Source: Salinimicrobium sp.
GTDB lineage: Archaea; Thermoplasmatota; Poseidoniia; Poseidoniales; Poseidoniaceae
Direction: 5' to 3'
DNA: 64,000 nucleotides
NCBI GenBank assembly: GCA_964228865.1
Contig: CAXRAI010000016.1
Coordinates: 54,440-118,439 of the forward strand
The notes under the pieces are model-generated. The model did not search any database. It was not told the origin of the DNA and was given only the letters and a program-made list of their open reading frames with translations. A program made the translations under genes and the position numbers. Positions 52,338 to 61,310 of this stretch are shown in pieces. The first letter of the stretch is position 1; each line of letters starts with the position of its first letter.

Positions 52338-52637
52338 TCATGCCCATAGGTCGACTCCGATGGCCTTGCGGATGGTGTCACGCAAGGTGTTGTCCTCTTC
52401 CGTGCCGATGCCCAGCACGGTCGGGGTCACTGAAGCAGAGAGCTGCTCGCGCAGCCGCTCTGGAAGGCGGCTCAGGCTCGCGGAGTCGACCACCACGATG
52501 CCCACCTCCTTGCTGTTGAGTAGGGTACGGAGGACGTTGCCCATGGCTTCGTCGTCCGAGGGGTTGTGCAGGTGTGAAATTCCTGCAAGTTGGAAGCCGA
52601 GGGTGAATTCGGGCGTACCGACGACGGCAATTTCCAT
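52338..52637 (-). CDS. atpF: A-type ATP synthase subunit F
   Basis: The product is 99 aa and begins MEIAVVGTPEFTLGFQLAGI. Confidence 0.85.
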   Translation of the reverse strand: MEIAVVGTPEFTLGFQLAGISHLHNPSDDEAMGNVLRTLLNSKEVGIVVVDSASLSRLPERLREQLSASVTPTVLGIGTEEDNTLRDTIRKAIGVDLWA

Positions 52638-52652
52638 GCATCACACCTCCAT

Positions 52653-53690
52653 TCAAATGACGTGGGCCTCCACCACGTCAGCGGACAATCCCGCCATCAG
52701 TCCGCGCGTGATGATCCGGAGGTCTTTGACCTCCTTGACCTTCATCGCGATGTAGTGCACCACAGGCAGCGCGGAAACCGGATGCAGGTAGCTCATCCGG
52801 TTGAGGTGCGCGTTTTCGCGGGCAGCGAGCCAAGTGATCACAGGGTCCAGCGACATCGCCGCATCCGCTTCTGCAATCGCGGCCTCAAATGCGGCCATGT
52901 CGAAACGGTTGGCGGGGCGAAGAACCTCAAGCAGCGAGGCACGACCGCCGTTGGAAACGAGCGAAAAGGCTCGCTTGGGAATCAGGCGGCCACCGGGAAT
53001 CAACGCTGAGGCCACCTCGTTACCTTCGAGGCCCATGGCGGCGGCCTCAAGCAGGTTCACGATGTTGCGGTGATCGATTTCAGTCGCCAGCAACGCACGA
53101 AGCATGCGAACATCCGCTTGCGACCCACTCAACGATGACGTTGCATTGGCGAAGTAGTGCCGATCCAGGACGTCTTCGTAGGCGGCCAGGGAGGACCCCT
53201 CTGGCATCGCGTTCAACGCAGAGCCGAAGGGTTTCCTTCGCATGAGCACCACGGCCGAGCGAAGGTCGTCGGCGCGCTCGATGATCTGCAACCAAGGCGT
53301 GTTGATGTCGTTGATGTCCGGAAGGATGTCGTGCGCCACGCGCTCAAGGTCCACGTCGTTCACGACCGCGCGAAGCACGGCCTTGGCGTTGTGGTACTCG
53401 AAGCGGTCAGTATAGACCGAAACAATGCGCGCCACTTTGCCTGAACAGAGTTTGATGATGTTGTCCAACTCGTGTTCCAGGTTGTCCGTGAGAGCGGCCT
53501 CGATGAGGTCACCCCCGTCGTAGGTGGCCGCGTAGCGGTCAATTTCCGTTCGGTAACCCAAATCAGCCACGGCGACGGTCAGTTGGTCCGGAGCGTGGTT
53601 GATCAATTGCCGGAGCCGCGCCCTGTCCGCCAACGCCTTGCGACGTGACTTCGCCCGTGAGGCGATGTAGGGTGTGGATCCGAAGCGCAT
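52653..53690 (-). CDS. atpC: A-type ATP synthase subunit C
   Basis: The 345-aa helical protein sits in the C-subunit position of the operon. Confidence 0.8.
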   Translation of the reverse strand: MRFGSTPYIASRAKSRRKALADRARLRQLINHAPDQLTVAVADLGYRTEIDRYAATYDGGDLIEAALTDNLEHELDNIIKLCSGKVARIVSVYTDRFEYHNAKAVLRAVVNDVDLERVAHDILPDINDINTPWLQIIERADDLRSAVVLMRRKPFGSALNAMPEGSSLAAYEDVLDRHYFANATSSLSGSQADVRMLRALLATEIDHRNIVNLLEAAAMGLEGNEVASALIPGGRLIPKRAFSLVSNGGRASLLEVLRPANRFDMAAFEAAIAEADAAMSLDPVITWLAARENAHLNRMSYLHPVSALPVVHYIAMKVKEVKDLRIITRGLMAGLSADVVEAHVI

Positions 53691-53699
53691 GGGTTCACC

Positions 53700-54263
53700 T
53701 CAGTCAAACAGAGCGGCGGTCACCGCGGGCAGGCTGCTGGCCCAAGCACGGTCCAGCAAGGCGTCAAAACGGAAATCGTAGGACACGGAGGCATCCTCTG
53801 CATCGAGGATGAAGCCTCCGAGGCCTTCGGCGTCGTCACCAACCTTCTTTCCGCCAGCGAGGTCGGACACGGCCTTTCGGTCGATGCCCACCGGGCGAAC
53901 GGAGTAGCCCTTGCCGCCGATGTCGTCGGCACGGGCCATCAGGGACTTGAGCAACGCGGCCCTGCCTTTCCACTTGGGGTCGGCAAGGGTGCTCTTGGCT
54001 TGCTCAAGCGTGGCGTCAAGCGCCGCGCGGCGAGCGATCAGCAGGTCCCTCTGGTTGGCTTGACGCGCACTGGCCACGATTTCACGACCGATTTGCTCGG
54101 CGTCACGAGCGGCGCGAGCGGCGGCCTCAGAACGGATGGACTCCGCCTTGGCTTCCGCTTCGGAACGCATCGTGTCGGCCTCGGATTGTGCCGAGGCGGC
54201 GAGCTCATCGGCTTCCGCCTGAGCGGCTGCCGTGATGTCCTTTGCAAGCGATTCAAGCGACAT
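53700..54263 (-). CDS. atpE: A-type ATP synthase subunit E
   Basis: The product is 187 aa with an Ala/Glu-rich N-terminal helix and sits in the conserved operon position. Confidence 0.8.
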   Translation of the reverse strand: MSLESLAKDITAAAQAEADELAASAQSEADTMRSEAEAKAESIRSEAAARAARDAEQIGREIVASARQANQRDLLIARRAALDATLEQAKSTLADPKWKGRAALLKSLMARADDIGGKGYSVRPVGIDRKAVSDLAGGKKVGDDAEGLGGFILDAEDASVSYDFRFDALLDRAWASSLPAVTAALFD

Positions 54264-54306
54264 GGTGTCTCCTCCAACGTCCAGCGCGGGCGCTGCACGT
54301 CCTGGC

Positions 54307-54624
54307 TCAGGGTGCCAGGAAGAGCGGCAAAGCGCCGAGGATCACGATGGACTCGGGAAGCGCGGTGAAGATCAGCGCGGGGCCGAACTTCGAGCCGTCT
54401 TCGGCGAGCATGCCAACGGCAGCGCTGCCAATGGCGGCTTGGGAAATCCCAGCGCCAACGGCGGCAAGGCCGAGGGAAATACCAACGGCGAGGTCGCCGG
54501 TGATGGAGTTCCCAGTGGTGGTCGCACCGTCTTCAGCAGCAGCAACACCCTGAGCAATCAGGGTGATGGCGGCCAAGACGATCATAGTTCGCAGCGTGTT
54601 CTTCAGGGTCTTGTTCATGTTCAC
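54307..54624 (-). CDS. atpK: A-type ATP synthase proteolipid subunit K (single hairpin, two TM helices)
   Basis: Helix 1 is VGISLGLAAVGAGISQAAIGSAAVGMLAE and helix 2 is ALIFTALPESIVILGALPLF, whose Glu is the ion-binding carboxylate. The product is 105 aa. Confidence 0.85.
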   Translation of the reverse strand: MNMNKTLKNTLRTMIVLAAITLIAQGVAAAEDGATTTGNSITGDLAVGISLGLAAVGAGISQAAIGSAAVGMLAEDGSKFGPALIFTALPESIVILGALPLFLAP

Positions 54625-54651
54625 TACCTCTGTGTATGTCCTGTTGGACTG

Positions 54652-56721
54652 TCATGCCCCCTCCACATGGATGCTTCGGCCGCCCACGGGGGAGAAGGGG
54701 ACCCCGGAGCCGTTGTGGAATTTGCCCATCCATTCCACGAAGTGGAGACGGGCAGCGTGAATGCTTGGTGAAAGCAGGCCAAGCGCGATGGCAAAGGCCT
54801 GAATGCCGAGGAACAGGAGGAACGCGATGGCGCCCCAAAGGAAGCCGAGACCACCGGCGGCGAATTGCGTCATCATCACTTCCCACCCCATGGTGATGGA
54901 CACCTCAGCGATCTTGACACCGGCCACGCCAACGCCCATCACACGAAGGTAGGACAGGGTGTTGGCCAGGAGGCCAAAGGTCTCGATTGGACCCATGATG
55001 ATGCCACCGGCCCACCCAAACTTCTCGTAGACCGCCAATCCGATGATGAGGCACACGATGCCAATCAGGACGGCAGCAGAGAACACGTTGAGGGAGAACA
55101 GGTCGCCTTCGTAGGCGATGAAGCGCCGGGCGTGGAAGAAGCCTCCGAGGAGGATGAGGATCCACGAGCCCTTTTCGAAGAAGGCGGCAGCGGCGCCGTG
55201 CGCCTTCAGGACGTTCATGAAACCGATGAGGAAACCAGCCAGCAGGTGGATGACGCCAAGATAGATGGAGAACATCACGTACTCTTCGAGGCCGTGCCCA
55301 GGTTCGGCACGGTGCAGCGGATAGGTCAAGTGGTTCATGCCGAGGAGGGCACCCAGGTCGTCGGAGAGCAAGTCCACTGGCTTGTCAGGGTAGAGGAAGC
55401 CGAGCGGAGAATTGCCGTTGGTGAATTCGTATGTCACCCACGTGTAGTTGTCCCAGACGAATCCGAAACCTTCCGCGAAATAGAAGCCCCAAAGCACGCA
55501 CCAGATGCCCATCCAAAGAAGGATGGTGATGCCGTTCTTGACCACAGGATCCGCGGCCATGGGCTTGGAGCGAAGGAACATGGCCAAGGCCACAATGACC
55601 AAGCCAAAGCCCCAGTCGCCGAGGATGGCCCCGAAAATCATCGGGAAGGTGAACATCATGAGGGTCGTCGGGTCGTAGGTGCCGTAGGAAGGACGGCCGA
55701 CAAGGTCGACCATCAACTCAAACGGCTTGGTCGCCGTAGGGTTGTCAAATTCGACAGGAGGCTCGGGGCCGTGACCATGACCATGGTCATCGTGGTCGTC
55801 ATGCCCGTGGTGGCCGCCGTCCCATGCCTCCACTTCGACCAGCGAAGCGTGTGGATTCAGGGCAGCCCTGACCTCATCGGCGCGGTTGGTGGGGATCCAC
55901 GCGTCCATCGCGAAGGCGCGATCTGCCACGGCCATCTGCGTGGGAGCAGACGCGAGGTGTTCCTGGCGCTCGAGCAACTCATGCACGCACACCAAGTCGC
56001 GGCCGTTGGCCTCGACCCACGCTTCGACGCTGGCCTGGTCCGACGCGATTTTGGCTTCCAGTTTCAGAATGTTCGACTTGGCCTCAGCAACACGCTTTCC
56101 GGCGTTGCCCTCGCCAGCAGGGACTTGAACGACCTTTGCCCCGAGTTGACCGAGCACGATCTGAACTTCGGGGGCATGGGCCGGGCGGCAGGCCACGGCC
56201 ACGATGCGGTCCCTGGCGAGGACCTCGCAATCCTTTGCGAGGTCGCCAAGGGCTTCCTGCACCTTGTTCGCTTTGCTGGTTTCAGCCACGAAGATTTCCA
56301 GCCCAGAGATGCCGGTGAGGAGTTCGAGGGGCACATTGAGCGGCGCGAGACGCGCCATGGCGTCGCGCTCTTCGGCCAGCGCCTGAATCGAGGCTTGAGA
56401 TTCGTCGATGGCACGGAGGAGTTCCATGGCCTTCTCGATGCGCCCCGGGAATGACCCATCGATGAGGGCATTGACTTGCTTTCGGGGCATGGGACCAGAG
56501 GTGTTGATGGCCGACGTTGCAGCCCGCACGGCGCGAACGTTGGTCAGCAGTTCGCCGCGGCCTTCTTGCGAGGCGGCTTGACCCACGCCGATGCCATCCT
56601 CGAATTGCTCGTAAGGTTGGACGTGCACGCATCCGAGGGCATCGCAGGCCGCGAGCACGTCGTCCATCGCGTCGAGTGGGGCCGCCACGGTGAGGCGGGA
56701 CATCTCGACCATTGGGAACAT
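54652..56721 (-). CDS. atpI: A-type ATP synthase subunit I (a-subunit)
   Basis: The 689-aa product has a soluble N-terminal domain followed by a polytopic C-terminal half. Confidence 0.85.
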   Translation of the reverse strand: MFPMVEMSRLTVAAPLDAMDDVLAACDALGCVHVQPYEQFEDGIGVGQAASQEGRGELLTNVRAVRAATSAINTSGPMPRKQVNALIDGSFPGRIEKAMELLRAIDESQASIQALAEERDAMARLAPLNVPLELLTGISGLEIFVAETSKANKVQEALGDLAKDCEVLARDRIVAVACRPAHAPEVQIVLGQLGAKVVQVPAGEGNAGKRVAEAKSNILKLEAKIASDQASVEAWVEANGRDLVCVHELLERQEHLASAPTQMAVADRAFAMDAWIPTNRADEVRAALNPHASLVEVEAWDGGHHGHDDHDDHGHGHGPEPPVEFDNPTATKPFELMVDLVGRPSYGTYDPTTLMMFTFPMIFGAILGDWGFGLVIVALAMFLRSKPMAADPVVKNGITILLWMGIWCVLWGFYFAEGFGFVWDNYTWVTYEFTNGNSPLGFLYPDKPVDLLSDDLGALLGMNHLTYPLHRAEPGHGLEEYVMFSIYLGVIHLLAGFLIGFMNVLKAHGAAAAFFEKGSWILILLGGFFHARRFIAYEGDLFSLNVFSAAVLIGIVCLIIGLAVYEKFGWAGGIIMGPIETFGLLANTLSYLRVMGVGVAGVKIAEVSITMGWEVMMTQFAAGGLGFLWGAIAFLLFLGIQAFAIALGLLSPSIHAARLHFVEWMGKFHNGSGVPFSPVGGRSIHVEGA

Positions 56722-56730
56722 GAGAACACC

Positions 56731-57048
56731 TCAGGCGTCGTGAATGGCATTGAGCAGCAGGTCCACGGCTGCGTCGGTGCGCCCGGAGGCGGAAGAGGTG
56801 AGCGCGTCGGCCGCCTTGGCGCCTTCAGCACGAACCTTGTCGGCTTCAGCTTCGGCCTTGGCGCGGGCTGCGTCGATGGTGGAGCGGGCGTCCGAGGTGG
56901 CGCCCTCGGTGGCCTCGGAAACGGTTTCCGAAGCGGCGCGGCGAGCATCGCCGATCGCCTTGCTGGCGTCCTCTTGTGCCGAGGCGAGTAGCGCGTCGGC
57001 CTCGCTTTGGGCGGACTTGATGCTGCGAAGGACAGATTCCATGCTCAT
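56731..57048 (-). CDS. atpH: A-type ATP synthase subunit H
   Basis: The start was trimmed to MSMESVLRSIKSAQSEADALL, which has a GAGGTG SD 6 nt upstream. It is the small Ala/Glu-rich stalk protein at the head of the operon. Confidence 0.65.
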   Translation of the reverse strand: MSMESVLRSIKSAQSEADALLASAQEDASKAIGDARRAASETVSEATEGATSDARSTIDAARAKAEAEADKVRAEGAKAADALTSSASGRTDAAVDLLLNAIHDA

Positions 57049-57121
57049 GGTCAACACCTCATCCTTAGCCGACCGGTAGGCGTCCGGTTTATGAGCATGA
57101 TGCCCTGCGTCAAAGGAGGCT

Positions 57122-57877
57122 TCATTCAGGATTCGAAGGCCGAACACCACTGAATCTGGAGGCCATCAAAAACGGCCAGAGCAAACGGCCTTTCACCTGC
57201 TGAAAACCGACCTCCCGCAGCATCTTCCGGTAATACGCGTTGGTCCCGTAATGCGTGTAGGACCTTGCCAGGCCCTTCCATGGGTGATCTTTCTCGCCGG
57301 TGATTCGACGGGCGATGACCTGCACGCCGGTGGCCATCCAGAACCGTCCGAAAAGCCCGTGGATGGCGTTGCCCTTCCCGGCGTCACAAATGACCAATTG
57401 ACCGCCTGGTTTGAGCACACGAAGGATTTCCTCCAACCCCTTTCGCTTGTCTTGGAAATCACGGAACGAAAACAGGCAAAACACCCGGTCGAAGGAGGCG
57501 TCGGGCAAAGGAATCGATTCTGCAATGGCCTCGACGTACGTGGCAGGCGCCTCGCCCTCTGCCGCCCGAACCGCATCAACACGCTTCTTGGCGACCCGCA
57601 GCATCTCCGGCGAGGGATCGAGGCAGGTCAACTCCACGTTTCGAATCGTTTCCGCGAACGACCCAGGCCCACAACCGACCTCGAGGACCTTCATGCCGGG
57701 TGCAGCATGCGCGGCCACGCCGGCCCGCCAACGGCGGTCTTGGCCGAAGGTCATCCAGGTGTTGACACGGTCGTAATGTGGGATGGTGGCTTCCAATTCG
57801 GCTTCCAAAACCGTCCACGCATCGAGGTCGATCCCGGACGGATCGTAGCCGCCGGTGGCTTCCCTCGAAGGCATGGC
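57122..57877 (-). CDS. menG: UbiE/MenG-family SAM-dependent (demethylmenaquinone) methyltransferase
   Basis: YDRVNTWMTFGQDRRWR is a UbiE N-terminal motif and VLEVGCGPG is SAM motif I. The start was trimmed to the internal ATG MPSREA. Confidence 0.75.
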   Translation of the reverse strand, partial: AMPSREATGGYDPSGIDLDAWTVLEAELEATIPHYDRVNTWMTFGQDRRWRAGVAAHAAPGMKVLEVGCGPGSFAETIRNVELTCLDPSPEMLRVAKKRVDAVRAAEGEAPATYVEAIAESIPLPDASFDRVFCLFSFRDFQDKRKGLEEILRVLKPGGQLVICDAGKGNAIHGLFGRFWMATGVQVIARRITGEKDHPWKGLARSYTHYGTNAYYRKMLREVGFQQVKGRLLWPFLMASRFSGVRPSNPE

Positions 57878-57930
57878 CCGGAGTCGTCGGCCGCCCCCTC
57901 TTGATGCTTCGCTCGCGGCCTGTGGGCCCG

Positions 57931-58731
57931 TTATGCGATGCGTTCCACGGTTTCGGGCGTGATGCACTCCTCGGGCGTCACGCGGAAGACCAGGATGCGG
58001 AGGTTTTCAGGAGCGTTGCGGAACTTGGTCACGGTCATCGAGGTCTCAAAGTCTGTACCGATCGTCCGGACCTTGAATTCCAACACCATGTCAGCGATGC
58101 CGGCCACCTCTTGCCGAAGGCCGGGGGGCAAACCGTCGGATGAGATCGTGACCAACAAGAGGCCGCGAACCATCTGCGTGTGGGCTTGCAGCATACGCAT
58201 CATGGAAATGACCCTGGACGGATCCTCACGTTGAACGAAGAAGTCCATGCTGTCCACCACGGCCCGGAAGTACGGATCGAGGGCCATGACCTCGTTGGTC
58301 ACCTCTGTCAGGAAGTCGCGGTTCTCTGTGTCCACGAATCGGGTTTGAGCCAGGCGCTGAATGTCGGGCAACTGGAAGCCTTCCAACCGGTAACGGCTCG
58401 CCAACAAATCACGTTCCAGCACGCTGGCGTTGTATTCCTCACCGACGGTACGCACCCCGATGTCGAGGGGCCAGTTGTACTTCTCGTAAACACGAATGAT
58501 CTCCTGTTGAGCCTCGTTGGTGGAAATGAGGATGGTGTTCTCTGGCTCTTCCGCGGGTGACGTGAACTGCTTCGCAAACAGCTCCGAGCCAGAACCGGTC
58601 TGAGTGAACGCGACGATCATGAAGCCTCGAGGCACACCGCCGCCCATCACGGCGTCAAACTTCGGGACACCAAAACCGCCGACCTTGCCAAAGAACTCCT
58701 CGTCTTCAGGACTGAAGGTGATGTCTGCCAT
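57931..58731 (-). CDS. KaiC/RecA-superfamily paralog with a degenerate P-loop (pseudo-ATPase)
   Basis: KFDAVMGGGVPRGFMIVAFTQTGSGSELFAKQF aligns with the KaiC GLDELLGGGIPRGSVVLVAGAPGTGKTTLALQF block, but the Walker A Lys and Thr are replaced (GSGSE). Confidence 0.6.
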   Translation of the reverse strand: MADITFSPEDEEFFGKVGGFGVPKFDAVMGGGVPRGFMIVAFTQTGSGSELFAKQFTSPAEEPENTILISTNEAQQEIIRVYEKYNWPLDIGVRTVGEEYNASVLERDLLASRYRLEGFQLPDIQRLAQTRFVDTENRDFLTEVTNEVMALDPYFRAVVDSMDFFVQREDPSRVISMMRMLQAHTQMVRGLLLVTISSDGLPPGLRQEVAGIADMVLEFKVRTIGTDFETSMTVTKFRNAPENLRILVFRVTPEECITPETVERIA

Positions 58732-58740
58732 GGGTTCACC

Positions 58741-59325
58741 TCACTGAATAACGACCTGCCCACGGTCAATCAGGGCTGTGCAGTACAAATCCAGGTTGGC
58801 CAGCACGAGGGGAGGCGTCTGGTCCGGGACGTTGATCAGCACAGAGAGCACCTCACGCTGCCTGAACGTGTTGATGAAGGTGTGAAGGTACTCTGCAAGC
58901 ATACGGTCGTCGTTGTAAATCGACAAGGCGTTGATGCTGTCAACGAAGACGAAGTTCCGCTCAAAGGTGGAGGTGCGGAGGATGTACAAGGTCCTCAGGA
59001 GGACCGACTCGAGCATGATTGGGCTGTCGACGAAATGCACGTTCGGGTAGGGAACGTCGGTGCCGCCCAGAATACCCGAGGACACCAAGTCAAGGAACTG
59101 AATGTTGCTGACGTCAACCCCGATGGATTCGAAGGCCTGAATGATTTCGACGGCCCCACGGCTGGCCGAGATATAGACGCCCCCCATGCCGAAGGACTGG
59201 ATGAGTGGGAGCATGGTGCTGGCCGTGACCACGAAGGAGTTTGAGTTGCCACAGCGCACCTGAACGGCGCTGTTGAGCGAGACTTCCGTCAGTTGCTCTG
59301 CGATGAGGGCGTCAAGTTCGAACAT
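58741..59325 (-). CDS. KaiC/RecA-superfamily paralog with a degenerate P-loop (pseudo-ATPase)
   Basis: LDALIAEQL...VQVRCGNSNSFVVTASTMLPLIQSF and FVFVDSINALSI match the KaiC fold but the GKT is lost. The start is either the ATG at 59325 (a 2-nt gap after the upstream stop) or the ORF-track start at 59370 (a 43-nt overlap). Confidence 0.55.
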   Translation of the reverse strand: MFELDALIAEQLTEVSLNSAVQVRCGNSNSFVVTASTMLPLIQSFGMGGVYISASRGAVEIIQAFESIGVDVSNIQFLDLVSSGILGGTDVPYPNVHFVDSPIMLESVLLRTLYILRTSTFERNFVFVDSINALSIYNDDRMLAEYLHTFINTFRQREVLSVLINVPDQTPPLVLANLDLYCTALIDRGQVVIQ

Positions 59326-59327
59326 GC

Positions 59328-60119
59328 TCAGGCCCCCCAACGCGTCTTTTGGTCCGAAACCGCGCCCCATTTGAGCATCGGAGTGAGCATCACGCCAAGT
59401 TGGGTCAACTCAATGGAGTGCTTGGCCCGACTGTGCGGCGTACCACGCATCTTCACGACTTGGAGGAAGCGAAGCAGGTGACCCATGCGCTCGACGTCGC
59501 CCATCACGATGATGCCGTCCGCGATGGCCTCTTCCACACCGAAGGACGACCAGTGGGCGTTTTCAGTGGCCGAGGTGATCTCTGAGATGAGCACGGTCGT
59601 GCACCCCAACGTGGCCAATTTCTTGCCAAGGGTAAACAGGAAATCGCGGATGAGCTGTTCGCTCTTGATCTTGTAGCACAAGGTGGTCACCGAATCGATG
59701 ACCAAACGGGTCACACCGATGGTGTTGACGATGTCCACGATGGCTTTGATGAGGGCGTGGACGTCGTCCAAGTCAAAGGTGGCCTTGTCCAAGCCAAGCC
59801 ATGAATACAGCACGTCGACGTCAAAGACGTTGATGAGGCCTGTATCGACCATGTTCATGTCGAAAAAGGAGTACTGGCGGATGTTTTCGAGGAGCTTTAC
59901 GCTCGGCTCTGTTGCCGTAAAGTGGGCGCATGCTTCGCCAGCAAGCGCTCCACGGACCAAGAATTCCATCGCCAACGTCGTCTTACCTGAACCACATGTT
60001 CCGGCCGCCAGCACGGTGGAGCCGTATGGAATCCCCCCACGGAGGATTTCATCCAACCCGTGGATGCCGGTGACGCACCGGTCGCGGGTGTAGACGCTGC
60101 TTGGCATCATGGGCTTCAT
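59328..60119 (-). CDS. KaiC-like RecA-superfamily ATPase (COG0467) with an intact Walker A
   Basis: TGIHGLDEILRGGIPYGSTVLAAGTCGSGKTTLAMEF is Walker A, RLVIDSVTTL is Walker B-like, and GHLLRFLQVVKMRG is a KaiC block. Confidence 0.75.
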   Translation of the reverse strand: MKPMMPSSVYTRDRCVTGIHGLDEILRGGIPYGSTVLAAGTCGSGKTTLAMEFLVRGALAGEACAHFTATEPSVKLLENIRQYSFFDMNMVDTGLINVFDVDVLYSWLGLDKATFDLDDVHALIKAIVDIVNTIGVTRLVIDSVTTLCYKIKSEQLIRDFLFTLGKKLATLGCTTVLISEITSATENAHWSSFGVEEAIADGIIVMGDVERMGHLLRFLQVVKMRGTPHSRAKHSIELTQLGVMLTPMLKWGAVSDQKTRWGA

Positions 60120-60168
60120 TCTGTGACGCGGGACCTCGGTTCAAGAAGCATCCGCCGTCGGTTTGACC

Positions 60169-61254
60169 TCAGGCAGCAATGAGCGGGGTCCAATCGCCGG
60201 GGCTGGGTGCGCCGGTCACCGTCCAATCGCTCATGTCACGAACGTCGGTTCCGTTCCACGTGAGCCCGTCGCCTGAGGCAAGAATGTGGCCGGTATCCCC
60301 GCCCCACGCCACGGTTTGCCGCGTGGCAGGAAGGCTGGTCGTCGGATCGGTGTAGTCCACCCGCAATCGGCCCTTGTCGTCGGGAATCACGTCGATTTGC
60401 CCCACGCCGAGCAAACCCACCACGCCAAGGTCGTAGACCTGGGTGGCGTTGCCGGAGTCTTGGGCGTTGACGTCACCGGTGAACACCGCAACACCGCCGC
60501 CGGTGATCAGGCCGTCCAACATCAGGTGGCTGGTGGTGTCTCGTCCGTCTTCGACGTGGAAGGACCACCCCAACAGGCGAACGGCGAAACCCTCAGGATT
60601 GTGCATCTCAAACCACTCTGGTCCACCGTTGTCGGGATGAGGTTGAACCTCCGTGACATGAAGCACCGAGGAGGCACGGCCTCCATCGTGGACCTCAAGC
60701 GAGACCCGGTACAACGCATCCTCACCCACGACCAAACGCGTGGCTCGGCTGGATGTCTCCGCGCCGATGCGCGTGGTTCCCCCTTGGAAAACGGTCGCTT
60801 CGGTGGTCCCGTTGGCGTCCAGCACATCGATGCGAAGGTGCACGTCGAAGGAAGCATCAAGGCCCAATCCCTCGGCAAAACCCTGTTCAGTCACCTTGCC
60901 CAAGGCGGCCAAACGGTCGGCATCGAGCTTCCCGTCCACCACAAGTCCTGCCCGCACACGCCCTTCAAACAGGGCTTCTGCGCTTTCCTCATGCCATGCC
61001 TGAGTCCCGTTGTCCACGTCAGCCTCACCGTCGACCAACGGCACAAACCAACCCTCATCGGCCACCAGCCGATCCAACCCGAGGACAGCCGAGCGGTCCA
61101 AGCGATCGAGGTAGGGGTCATTCGAACCCATCTGCATCTGGGCCAACGCGAGGAAAGCGGTGAGGATCATCAGGAACAGGGTGAAGGCCGAGAGGAACTC
61201 AATGACGGCCGTCAAACCGTCTCGGTCGCGCCGAAGTCCCGACACGTCCCGCAT
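60169..61254 (-). CDS. Membrane-anchored extracellular protein with a lamin-tail-domain (LTD)-like module
   Basis: The N-terminal TM/signal anchor is LTAVIEFLSAFTLFLMILTAFLALA. HVTEVQPHPDNGGPEWFEMHNPEGFAVRLLGWSFHVEDG...GGGVAVFTGDV resembles an LTD. Confidence 0.5.
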   Translation of the reverse strand: MRDVSGLRRDRDGLTAVIEFLSAFTLFLMILTAFLALAQMQMGSNDPYLDRLDRSAVLGLDRLVADEGWFVPLVDGEADVDNGTQAWHEESAEALFEGRVRAGLVVDGKLDADRLAALGKVTEQGFAEGLGLDASFDVHLRIDVLDANGTTEATVFQGGTTRIGAETSSRATRLVVGEDALYRVSLEVHDGGRASSVLHVTEVQPHPDNGGPEWFEMHNPEGFAVRLLGWSFHVEDGRDTTSHLMLDGLITGGGVAVFTGDVNAQDSGNATQVYDLGVVGLLGVGQIDVIPDDKGRLRVDYTDPTTSLPATRQTVAWGGDTGHILASGDGLTWNGTDVRDMSDWTVTGAPSPGDWTPLIAA

Positions 61255-61310
61255 GATGCAACCTGGCGCGCACGGGACATGAGCCTGTCGTCAGGATGGC
61301 TTCGCAAAGG

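Noticed and set aside
54865-56454. 529-aa plus-strand ORF antisense to atpI. Similar long antisense ORFs include 49084..49545, 51801..52349, 6944..7732 (antisense to gyrA), 9036..9920 (antisense to gyrB), 14893..15678 and 12250..12903 (antisense to the giant PKD protein), and 40210..41583 (antisense to smc).
   Set aside because: These are GC-rich antisense frames with low-complexity, Arg/Gly/His-rich or Asp/Val/His-rich translations and no domain signatures. Each lies fully inside a well-supported gene on the opposite strand. They are typical high-GC artefacts.
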